A stretch of 64,000 nt of DNA from Mobula hypostoma (lineage: Eukaryota), in NCBI RefSeq assembly GCF_963921235.1, contig NC_086107.1, forward strand, positions 116,128,001 through 116,192,000. The letters are read 5' to 3'. Below, piece after piece: positions 52,231 through 62,867 of the stretch. Each line of letters starts with the position of its first letter. Position 1 is the first letter of the stretch. The notes under the pieces were generated by a model. The model had not been told where the DNA came from and made no database searches. It saw nothing but the letters and a program-made list of their open reading frames with translations. Both the position numbers and the translations under genes were made by a program.

Positions 52231-52449
52231 CTGTACAGGACACAGAGCACAGGTCAGTGCAGTACAGGAACAGGCCCCCCAGCAAGTGCCTGTGCCCAAC
52301 ACAGCCGCAAATTAAACATCAGCTTTACTTGTCACATGCACGTCGAAACACTGAAAAGCCCCATCTGCATCGACAAACAACACACCCGAGGGTGAGCTGG
52401 GGGCAGCCTGCAAGAGCTGCCACGCTTCTGGTGCCCACAGCTCACTAAC

Positions 52450-52560
52450 TCCAACCACTACGTCCTTGGAATGTGGGAGGAAACCCACCCATCACGGGAG
52501 AACGTGCAGACTGCTTACAGACAGCAGCGGCAACTGAACCCCTATCAGCAACTGCTGGTG
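52450..52560 (-). mobile_element. Degenerate V-SINE fragment
   Basis: gaatgtgggaggaaaccca..gggagaacgtgcagact is the antisense V-domain. Confidence 0.55.
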
Positions 52561-52840
52561 CAGTCTAATTATTCTACTCTTAAATCTGGACTCTATACCT
52601 GATCTTGCACAAAATACTCTGCAGATGCTGGGGTCAGAGCAACACTCACAACACGCTGGAGGAACTCAGCAGGTCGGGCAGCATCCGTGGAAACGATCGG
52701 TCGATGTTTCAGGCCGGACCCTTCGTCCTGACCTTGCACTCTACGTCAGTAAGAGTAACGAATTGATTGTGGGATCCCCTACAGAAGGGGGATGTCAAGG
52801 GAACAGAGACCAGTTCTCATCGAGGGGTCAGCACCGGAAA

Positions 52841-55208
52841 GTCAAGTCACTTTTTATTGTCATTTCGACCATAACTGCTGGTGCAGTACACAGTAAAAAT
52901 GAGACAACGTTTTTCAGGACCATGGTGCTACATGAAACAACACAAAACTACACTAGACTACAGACCTACCCAGGACTGCATAAAGTGCACAAAACAGTGC
53001 AGGTATTACAATAAAAAATAAACAAGACAGTAGGCACAGTAGAGGGCAGTAGGTTGGTGTCAGTCCAGGCTCTGGGTATTGAGGAGTCTGATGGTCTGGG
53101 GGAAGAAACTGTTGCACAGTCTGGTCGTGAGAGCCCGAATGCTTCGGTGCCTTTTGCCAGATGGCAGGAGGGAGAAGAGTTTGTATGAGGGGTGTGTGGG
53201 GTCCTTCATAATGCTGTTTGCTTTACGGGTGCAGCGTGTGATGTAAATGTCTGTGATGGCAGGAAGAGAGACCCCGATGATCTTCTCAGCTGACCTCACT
53301 ATCCGCTGCAGGGTCTTGCGATCCGAGATGGTGCAATTTCCGAACCAGGCCGTGATGCTGCTGCTCAGGATGCTCTCGATACAACCTCTGTAGAATGTGG
53401 TGAGGATGGGGGGTGGGAGATGGACTTTTCTCAGCCTTCGCAGAAAGTAGAGACGCTGCTGGGCTTTCTTTGCTATGGAGCTGGTGTTGAGGGACCAGGT
53501 GAGATTCTTCGCCAGGTGAACACCAAGAACTTTGGTCTCTTAACGATCTGTATGGAGGAGTCGTCGATGTTCAGCGGAGAGTGGTCGCTCCGTGTCTTCC
53601 TGAAGTCAACAACCATCTCTTTTGTTTTGTTCACATTCAGAGACAGGTTGTTGGCTCTGCACCGGTCCGTTAGCCGCAGCACCTCCTCTCTGTATGCTGA
53701 CTCATCTTTCTTGCTGATGAGACCCACCACGGTCGTGTCATCGGCGAACTTGATGATGTGGTTCGAGCTGTGTGTTGCAGCACAGTCGTGGGTCAGCAGA
53801 GTGAACAGCAGCGGACTGAGCACACAGCCCTGGGGGGCCCCCGTGCTCAGTGTGAGGGTGTTGGAGATGCTGCTCCTGATCCGGACTGACTGAGGTCTCC
53901 CAGTCAGGAAGTCTAGGATCCAGTTGCAGAGGGAGGTGTTCAGGCCCAGTAGGCTCAGCTTTCCAATCAGTTTCTGAGGAATGATTGTGTTGAATGCTGA
54001 ACTGAAGTCTATGAACAGCATTCAAACATACATGTCTTTTTTGTCCAGGTGGGTTAGGGCCAGATGGAGGGTGATGGCAATGGCGTCCTCTGTTGAACGG
54101 TTGGGACGGTACACAAACTGCAGGGGGTCCAGTGAGGGGGGGGCAGCAGAGTCTTGATGTGCCTCATGACGAGCCTCTCAAAACATTTCATGATGATGAA
54201 TGTGAGTGCAACGGGATGGTAGTCGCTGAGGCAGGACACTGAAGACTTCTTCAGCATGGGGACGATGGTGGCAGCCTTGAAGCACATTGGAATGACAGCG
54301 CTGCTCACGGCGATGTTGAAGGTGCCAGTGAGAACATCTGCCAGCTGGTCTGCACATCCTCTGAGCACTCTGCCAGGAATATTGTCTGGTCCAGCAGCCT
54401 TCCGTGGGTTGACCCTGCACAGGGTTCTCCTCACATTGGCCACGGTAAGACACAGCACCTGGTCATTTGGAGGAGGGGTGGTCTTCCTTGCTGCCACGTC
54501 ATTTTCCACTTCAAACCGAGTGTAGAAATCGTTCAACACATCTGGGAGGGAGGCATCACCAGCACAGGCAGGTGATGTTGTCTTGTAGTTGGTGATGTCC
54601 TGAATGCCCTTCCACATGCGCCACATGTCTCCGCTGTCCTGGAAGTGGCTGTGGATCCGCTGGGCGTGTGCATGCTTTGCCTCTTTGACGGCCCGGGAGA
54701 GTTTGGCCCTCGCTGTTGTTAGGGCTGCCTTGTCACCTGCTCTGAAGGCAGAGTCACGGGTCCTCAGCACCTCCGCGGTCATCCATGGCTTCTGGTTAGC
54801 GCGTGTAGTGATGGTCTTAGCCACAGTGACATCATCGATGCACTTGCTGATGTAGCTAGTCACTGATGTCGTGTACTCCTCTAAGCTGGTGGAGTTGCCA
54901 TCGGTTGCAGCCTCCCTGAACATGTGCCCGTCAGTCTGCTCAAAGCAGTCTTGCAGATCAGAGATGGCTCCTGCTGGCCAGGTTTTCACCTGCTTCTGAA
55001 CTGGTCTGGAGCGTCTGACGAGCGGTCTGTATGCTGGGATTAGCATAACAGAGATGTGGTCCGAGTAGCCGAGCTGGGGGTGGGGCTCCACCTGGTACGC
55101 GTCAGGGATGTTTACGTAAATAAGGTCCAATGCATTCTCCCCTTTTGTTGCATAGTCCACATACTAATGGAACTTGGGGAGCACTGACTTAAAGTTTACG
55201 TGGTTAAC
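52841..55208 (-). mobile_element. Rex1/Babar-type LINE, 5'-truncated within the APE domain, frameshifted RT, (TGACT) tail
   Basis: [64 protein letters not shown]. Confidence 0.93.
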
Positions 55209-56722
55209 ATGAGGTTCACATGAGTCATCTGTTGTCGGCCCCCAACCAACTCATATTCCACTCTCCCCTCCTACCCCTCCTCACAGTCCCCCACCCTGCT
55301 CTCATGACTATGCCCCTTCCCCACATGAAACCACCACGGGGAGCTTCACAGCTGAACAGGTGAGAAGACAGCTGAAACGTCTCAACCCAAGTAAGGCTGC
55401 AGGACCGGATGGTGTCAGTACCAGGGTGCTCAAAGCCTGTGCCCCTCAGCTATGTGGAGTACTTCGCCATGTATTCAACCTGAGCCTGAGGCTCCGGAGG
55501 GTTCCTGTGCTGTGGAAGACGTCCTGCCTCGTCCCTGTGCCGAAGACGCCGCGCCCCAGCGGCCTCAATGACTACAGACCGGTGGCATTGACCTCCCACA
55601 TCATGAAGACCCTGGAGAGACTTGTTCTGGAGCTGCTCCGGCCTATGGTCAGGCCACACTTAGATCCCCTCCAGTTCGCCTACCAGCCCCGACTAGGAGT
55701 TGAGGATGCCATCGTCTACCTGCTGAACCGTGTCTACGCCCACCTGGACAAGCCAGCGAGCGCTGTGAGGGTCATGTTTTTTGACTTCTCCAGTGCATTC
55801 AACACCATCCGCCCTGCTCTGCTGGGGGAGAAGCTGACAGCGATGCAGGTGGATGCTTTCCTGGTATCATGGATTCTTGATTACCTGACTGGCAGACCAC
55901 AGTACCTGTGTTTGCAATACTATGTGTCCGACAGAGTGATCAGCAGCACTGGGGCTCCACAGGGGACTGTCTTGTCTCCCTTTCTCTTCACCATTTACAC
56001 CTGGACTTCAACTACTGCACAGAGTCTTGTCATCTTCAGACGTTTTCTGATGACTCTGCCATAGTTGGATGCATCAGCAAGGGAGATGAGGCTGAGTACA
56101 GGGCTATGGTAGGAAACTTTGTCACATGGTGTGAGCAGAATTATCTGCAGTTTAATGTGAAAAAGACTAAGGAGCTGGTGGTAGACCTGAGGAGAGCTAA
56201 GGTACCGGTGACCCCTGTTTCCATCCAGGAGGTCAGTGTGGACATGGTGGAGGATTACAAATACCTGGGGATACGAATTGACAATAAACTGGACTGGTCA
56301 AAGAACACTGAGGCTGTCTACAAGAAGGGTCAGAGCCGTCTCTATTTCCTGAGGAGACTGAGATCCTTTAACATCTGCCGGACGATGCTGAGGATGTTCT
56401 ACGAGTTTGTGGTGGCCAGTGCGATCATGTTTGCTGTTGTGTGCTGGGGCAGCAGGCTGAGGGTAGCAGCCACCAACAGAATCAACAAACTCATTCGTAA
56501 GGCCAGTGATGTTGTGGGGATGGAACTGGACTCTCTCACGGTGGTATCTGAAAAGAGGATGCTGTCTAAGTTGCATGCCATCTTGGACAATGTCTCCCAT
56601 CCACTACATAATGTACTGGGTGGGCACAGGAGTACATTCAGCCAGAGACTCATTCCACCAAGATGCAGCACAGAGCGTCATAGGAAGTCATTCCTGCCTG
56701 TGGCCATCAAACTTTACAACTC

Positions 56723-57226
56723 AAACAACAGGAATTCTGCAGATGCTGGAAATTCAAGCAACATACATCAAAGTTGCTGGTGAACGCAGCAGGCCAAGCA
56801 GCATCTATAGGAAGAGGCGCAGTCGACGTTTCAGGCCGAGACCCTTCGTCAGGACTAACTGAAGGAAGAGTGAGTAAGGGATTTGAAAGCTGGAGGGGGA
56901 GGGGGAGATGCAAAATGATAGGAGAAGACAGGAGGGGGAGGGATAGAGCCGAGAGCTGGACAGGTGATAGGCAAAAGGGGATACGAGAGGATCATGGGAC
57001 AGGAGGTCCGGGAAGAAAGACAGGGGGGGGGGGTGGTTGACCCAGAGGATGGGCAAGAGGTATATTCAGAGGGACAGAGGGAGAAAAAGGAGAGTGAAAG
57101 AATGTGTGCATAAAAATGAGTAACAGATGGGGTACGAGGGGGAGGTGGGGCATTAGCGGAAGTTAGAGAAGTCGATGTTCATGCCATCAGGTTGGAGGCT
57201 ATCCAGACGGAATATAAGGTGTTGAA
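56723..57226 (-). mobile_element. Penelope-like insertion flanked by a 14-bp direct repeat AAACTTTACAACTC
   Basis: Direct repeat at 56709-56722 and 57227-57240. The host LINE resumes seamlessly after it. Carries a hammerhead motif. Confidence 0.75.
56821..56856 (-). ncRNA. Minimal type I hammerhead ribozyme motif
   Basis: The minus strand reads AGUC-CUGACGA-AGGGUCUCGGCCU-GAAAC-GUC-GACU: stem I AGUC/GACU, conserved core, short stem II, palindromic ACGU stem III and a GUC cleavage triplet. Confidence 0.75.
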
Positions 57227-57429
57227 AAACTTTACAACTCCTCCCTTGGAGGGTCAGACACCTTGAGCCAATAGGCTGGTCCTGGACTTATTTCATAATT
57301 TACTGGCATAATTTACATATTACTATTTAACTATTTATGGTTCTATTACTATTTATTATTTATGGTGCAACTGTGACAAAAACCAATTTCCCCCGGGATC
57401 AATAAAGTGTGACTATGACTATGACTATT

Positions 57430-58150
57430 GAATATGGCGGGGCCACTGGAGTTGATCGAAAAAGTTGCAGAACGTTGCAAATCCAACCAGCTCCATCATA
57501 GGTACTAGTATCCTCTTCCAAAGGTGATGCTTCAAAAAAGTATCATTCATCACCCAGGACATGCCCTCTTCTCATTACTACCATCAGAAGACGTCCTGGT
57601 CATCCACTGTGCCTAGTCCCATCTCCAGCCGTCTAGACTCTGTCTTGCCACTGGATCCAGATGGGAATTGGGAAGAGAGAGTGAGGCTGACACTGTGCAA
57701 CTCTCCCTCACTTCAATCCAAATCACGCGCTAGTCTCGACACCATCATAATGGTGTCGAGGTCCTCATCGACGTCAATGATGGACGAACAACAACCATCA
57801 GGGAGGAGATCCAGGAGTCAAACACCCCTCTTCTCTTTACTACCATCAGGGAGGAGGTACAGGAGTCAAAAACCCCTCTTCTCTTTACTACCATCAGGGA
57901 GAGGTACAGGAGCCTAAAGACTCACACTCAACGACTGAGAAACAGCTTCTTCCCCTCTTCCATCAGATTTCTGAACTGTCCATGAACCCATCAACACTAC
58001 CTCATTATTTTACTCATTTTTGCACCATTTTTTAAAACTTTCTTTTTGTAACTTATAGTAATTTTTTTGTACATTGCTACCACAAAACAACAAATTTCAC
58101 AACACATGCCAATTATTAAAAATCTGAATTTGATTCCAATTCTGATTCAA
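57430..58150 (+). mobile_element. Old LINE 3' fragments with a short internal tandem duplication (about 57795-57910)
   Basis: LFSLLPSGRRYRS repeated, followed by an AT-rich 3'UTR with a (TCTGA[A/T]) tail. Confidence 0.65.
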
Positions 58151-58272
58151 GGCTACGTTCGAATCAACATTGGCTAACGTCCAGACCAGCCCTCACCTGT
58201 GGCTAATGAGGGTACACAGATCTCGAACGCACATATCCCGGGAACACGCAGGGGAGAAAGTGCGGCACCCAC

Positions 58273-58396
58273 CTGCTGATGAAGGACGGTGTGGAGGGAA
58301 CCCAGCCCCACTCGCTGGTACACCAGCCGCACCTGGGTCAAACTCTCTGACAGACATACCGCCATCAGCAGCAGGAGGTTGGGGTGACGTAGGTGG
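58273..58396 (-). CDS. tex14: TEX14-like exon D ([41 protein letters not shown])
   Basis: gttttccag acceptor, CAG|gtgggt donor, 124 nt, phase 2->0. [13 protein letters not shown]...RLVY...G.L..VLH is the TEX14 kinase signature. Confidence 0.93.
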
Positions 58397-58519
58397 CTGG
58401 AAAACAACAGCACACCTCAGCTCAGTGACCAGACGGGGTGTTGGGGGGTGATGGGATGAGAGCGAGGTTAGGGAGAGGAGGAGAGGTGTCAGGAAGGGGG
58501 AGAGGGGAGGGGTGGTCAG

Positions 58520-60095
58520 CGAGGTAAGGGGAGGGGTCATTAGCAAGGTGAGGGCAGTGGAGGTAGGAGGAGAGGGAGAGCGGTCATTAGCAACGGGAGG
58601 GGAGTGGGGTAGGAGGGGAGGGAGATGGTTATTGGCAAGGGGAGGGTAGTGGGGTAGGAGGAGAGGGAGAGCGGTCATTAGCAACGGGAGGGGAGTGGGG
58701 TAGGAGGGGAGGGAGATGGTTATTGGCAAGGGGAGGGTAGTGGGGTAGGAGGAGAGGGAGAGCGGTCATTAGCAACGGGAGGGGAGTGGGGTAGGAGGGG
58801 AGGGAGATGGTTATTGGCAAGGGGAGGGTAGTGGGGTAGGAGGAGAGGGAGAGCGGTCATTAGCAACGGGAGGGGAGTGGGGTAGGAGGGGAGGGAGATG
58901 GTTATTGGCAAGGGGAGGGTAGTGGGGTAGGAGGGGAGGGAGAGGGGTCATTAGCAAGGGGAGGGGAGTGGGGTAGGAGGGGAAGGAGAGGGGTCATTAG
59001 CAAGGGGAGGGGAGTGGGGTAGGAGGGGAGGGAGAGGGGTCATTAGCAAGGGGAGGGGAGTGGGGTAGGAGGGGAGGGAGAGGGGTCATTAGCAAGGGGA
59101 GGGGAGTGGGGTAGGAGGGGAGGGAGATGGTTATTAGCAAGGGGAGGGGAGTGGGGTAGGAGGGGAGGGAGCGGGGTCATCGGCAAGGGGAGGGGAGTGG
59201 GGTAGGAGGAGAAGGAGAGGGGTCATTAGCAAGGGGAGGGGAGTGGGGTAGGAGGGGAGGGAGAGGGGTCATTAGCAAGGGGAGGGGAGTGGGGTAGGAG
59301 GGGAGGAAGATGGTTATTGGCAAGGGGAGGGGAGTGGGGTAGGAGGGGAGGGAGAGGGGTCATTAGGAAGGGGAGGGGAGTGGGGTTGGAGGGGAGAGGA
59401 GGGGAGGGGGAGGGGTCATCGGCAAGGGAGGGGAGTGGGGTAGGAGGGGAGGGAGAGGGGTCATTAGCAAGGGGAGGGGAGTGGGGTTGGAGGGGAGGGA
59501 GAGGGGTCATTAGCAAGGGGAGGGGAGTGAGGTAGGAGGGGAGGGAGAGGGTTCATTAGGAAGTGAAGGGAAGTGGGGTAGGAGGGCAGGGAGAGGGGTA
59601 ATTGGCAAGGGCAGGGGAGTGGGGGTAGGAGGGGAGGGGTCAAGGGGAGGGGAGTGGGGTAGGAGGGAAGGGGAAGGGAGTGGGGTAGGAGGGGAGGGAG
59701 AGGGGTCATTAGCAAGGGGAGGGGAGTGGGGTAGCAGGGGAGGGACAGGGGTAATTGGCAAGGGCAGGGGTGTGGGGGTAGGAGGGGAGGGGTCATTGGC
59801 AAGGGGAGGGGAGGGAGAGGGGTCATTGGCAAGGGGAGGGGAGTGGGGTAGGAGGGGAGGGAGAGGCGTCATCGGCAAGGGGAGGGGAGTGGGGTAGGAG
59901 GGGAGGGAGAGGCGTCATCGGCAAGGGGAGGGGAGTGGGGTAGGAGGGGAGGGAGAGGGGTCATCGGCAAGGGGAGGGGAGTGGGGTAGGAGGGGAGGGA
60001 GAGGGGTCATCGGCAAGGGGAGGGGAGTGGGGTAGGAGGGGAGGGAGAGGGGTCATCGGCAAGGGGAGGGGAGTGGGGTAGGAGGGGAGGGGGGG
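58520..60095. repeat. G-rich minisatellite, about 46-bp unit (GGGGTAGGAGGGGAGGGAGAGGGGTCATTAGCAAGGGGAGGGGAGT), partly as a 91-bp dimer
   Basis: Tandem array filling most of intron C-D. Confidence 0.95.
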
Positions 60096-60118
60096 CAGAC
60101 AAGGTCCTGGTTCCGTAC

Positions 60119-60241
60119 CTGCAGTGCTCCAGTTCAGTGACGAGGAGGTCGGAGGTGCACAGTCCCTTTTGGGAGTGGGAGTGGGAGAGTCGGGGAGGCT
60201 TCAACTCCCTCACCGTCACTCGCTGCCCCCCCCACATCCGG
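60119..60241 (-). CDS. tex14: TEX14-like exon C (RMWGGQRVTVRELK...DLLVTELEHC; kinase beta3/alphaC)
   Basis: cccacag acceptor, AG|gtacgg donor, 123 nt, phase 2->2. Resembles TEX14 WNGSRVTVKEL..DLLIAEQEH. Confidence 0.9.
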
Positions 60242-60374
60242 CTGTGGGACAGTATAGTTTGTCAGTACCACCTACACCACCCCTCCCGTAGGAGCTCCTC
60301 CACAAACCCTCCCAGCTCCCACAGCCTGTATGCACTCTCACCCCCAGAGTCACCCTAGACCCTTTCCCTTCAAC

Positions 60375-61040
60375 CCTCCCTCCTCCCCTCACTGCTCCCT
60401 CATCTGATTTCCCTCCCTCCTCACACTCTGCTCCCTCATTTGATTCCCCCTCCTCCCCTCACTGCTCCCTCGTCTGATTTCCCTCCCTCCTCACACTCTG
60501 CTCCCTCATTTGATTCCCCCTCCACCCCTCACTGCTCCCTCGTCTGATTTCCCCCTCCCCTCACACTCTGCTCCCTCATTTGATTCCCCCTCCTCCCCTC
60601 ACTGCTCCCTCGTCTGATTCCCCTCCCTCCTCACACTCTGCTCCCTCATTTGATTCCCCCTCCTCCCCTCACTGCTCCCTCGTCTGATTTCCCCCTCCCC
60701 TCACACTCTGCTCCCTCATTTGATTCCCTCTCCTCCCCTCACTGCTCCGTCGTCTGATTTCCCTCCCTCCTCACACTCTGCTCCCTCATTTGATTCCCCC
60801 TCCACCCCTCACTGCTCCCTCGTCTGATTTCCCCCTCCCCTCACACTCTGCTCCCTCATTTGATTCCCCCTCCTCCCCTCACTGCTCCCTCGTGATTCCC
60901 CTCCCTCCTCACACTCTGCTCCCTCATTTGATTCCCCCTCCACCCCTCACTGCTCCCTCGTCTGATTTCCCCCTCCCCTCACACTCTGCTCCCTCATTTG
61001 ATTCCCCCTCCTCCCCTCACTGCTCCCTCGACTGATTCTC
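60375..61040. repeat. 70-bp C/T-rich minisatellite (two related halves)
   Basis: actgctccct recurs at 60391, 60461, 60531, 60601 and 60671. Confidence 0.95.
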
Positions 61041-61207
61041 CTTCCCTCCTCCCTTCCCTGCTTCCACCCCGCCCTCCCCATCCCCCTGTGCCACCCCGCC
61101 CCGTCCCAGCTCCCCCTCAGTGCCACCCCGCCCTCCCCATCCCCCTCAGTGCCACCCCGCCCGTCCCATCCCCGAAGACGGTGTGCTTGCACACCAGCAG
61201 TACCCAC

Positions 61208-61338
61208 TTGCACATGCGGGTGAGGGGCCCATTGGGGTAGCTGGTATCAGGCTCACTGTCTGTGTGGTGCAGGTCCCTGTCGCCCAGAACTGGCACCGAT
61301 CCCAACAACCCGACACCTCGACTACCACACTGGCACAG
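61208..61338 (-). CDS. tex14: TEX14-like exon B (LCQCGSRGVGLLGSVPVLGDRDLHHTDSEPDTSYPNGPLTRMCN)
   Basis: Polypyrimidine tract plus tag acceptor, AA|gtgggt donor, 131 nt, phase 0->2. Resembles TEX14 LGSLPVIGEKEV..DDEP..GPY..MTN. Confidence 0.88.
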
Positions 61339-61519
61339 CTACAGACCGGGGAGGGAGGGGGAGAGAAACAGACAGATCGAAACATGTTCCAGAATCACAC
61401 TGCGGACAGGGTCCCGCGGATGTGGAGAACACCGAGAGAGTGTGAGGGAAGTCCCAGGGTGGCAGGACCCTGTGAGGAGTCCGCAGGGCAGGGTGGCAGT
61501 GTGCAGGGAGGAGGGGAAG

Positions 61520-62856
61520 TTCCCCGGGTGTGTGGGACCCCACAGGGGTGATCCTGCAGAGTGTGAGATCCCACGGGGGTGATCCCCGGGAGTGTGGGAT
61601 CTCACAGGGGTGATCCTGCAGAGTGTGGGATCTCATGGGGGTGATCCCCGGGAGTGTGGGACCCCACAGGGGTGATCCTGCAGAGTGTGAGATCCCACGG
61701 GGGTGATCCCCGGGAGTGTGGGATCTCACAGGGGTGATCCTGCAGAGTGTGAGATCTCACGGGGGTGATCCCCAGGAGTGTAGGACCCCACAGGGGTGAT
61801 CCTGCAGAGTGTGAGATCTCACGGGGGTGATCCCCAGGAGTGTAGGACCCCACAGGGGTGATCCTGCGGAGTGTGAGATCCCACGGGGGTGATCCCCGGG
61901 AGTGTGGGATCTCACGGGGGTGATCCTGCAGAGTGTGGGATCCCACGGGGGTGATCCTGCGGATTGTGGGATCCCACGGGGGTGATCCCTGGGAGTGTGA
62001 GATCCCACGGGGGTGATCCCTGGGAGAGTGGGATCTCACGGGGGTGATCCTGCAGAGTGTGGGATCCCACGGGGGTGATCCCCGGGAGAGTGGGATCTCA
62101 CGGGGGTGATCCTGCGGAGTGTGGGATCCCACGGGGGTGATCCCTGGGAGTGTGAGATCCCACGGGGGTGATATCTGGGAGAGTGGGATCTCACGGGGGT
62201 GATCCCCAGGAGTGTAGGACCCCACAGGGGTGATCCTGCAGAGTGTGAGATCCCACGGGGGTGATCCCCGGGAGTGTGGGATCTCACGGGGGTGATCCTG
62301 CAGAGTGTGGGATCCCACGGGGGTGATCCTGCGGATTGTGGGATCCCACGGGGGTGATCCCTGGGAGTGTGAGATCCCACGGGGGTGATCCCTGGGAGAG
62401 TGGGATCTCACGGGGGTGATCCTGCAGAGTGTGGGATCCCACGGGGGTGATCCCCGGGAGAGTGGGATCTCACGGGGGTGATCCTGCGGAGTGTGGGATC
62501 CCACGGGGGTGATCCCTGGGAGTGTGAGATCCCACGGGGGTGATATCTGGGAGAGTGGGATCTCACGGGGGTGATCCTCAGGAGTGTGGGATCTCACGGG
62601 GGTGATCCTGCAGAGTATGGGATCCCACGGGGGTGATCCCCGGGAGAGTGGGATCCCACGGGGGTGATCCCCGGGAGTGTGAGATCCCACGGGGGTGATC
62701 CTGCAGAGTGTGGGATCTCACGGGGGTGATCCCTGGGAGAGTGGGATCCCACAGGGGTGATCCTGCAGTGTGGGATCCCACGGGGGTGATCCTGCAGAGT
62801 GTGGGATCCCCATGGGGGTTGTTCCCTGGGATGGTTTGGAGATCATGGGGATCCAC
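61520..62856. repeat. 31-bp minisatellite (GGGGGTGATCCTGCAGAGTGTGGGATCCCAC) with a 279-bp higher-order duplication
   Basis: About 43 copies filling intron A-B. Confidence 0.95.
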
Positions 62857-62867
62857 AACACACTTAC

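Larger units (their letters stand above)
55209..57426 (+). mobile_element. Young Rex1/Babar-type LINE (RT with one frameshift near 56000), (TGACTA)n tail
   Basis: [44 protein letters not shown]. Interrupted at 56722. Confidence 0.94.

Noticed and set aside
50786..52250. Five overlapping 340-440 aa ORFs on both strands
   Set aside because: Artefact of a stop-free 53/54-bp minisatellite. The frames shift with unit length.
52841..57426. Autonomous active LINE or domesticated RT gene
   Set aside because: Both elements are 5'-truncated and frameshifted, and one is interrupted by an insertion.
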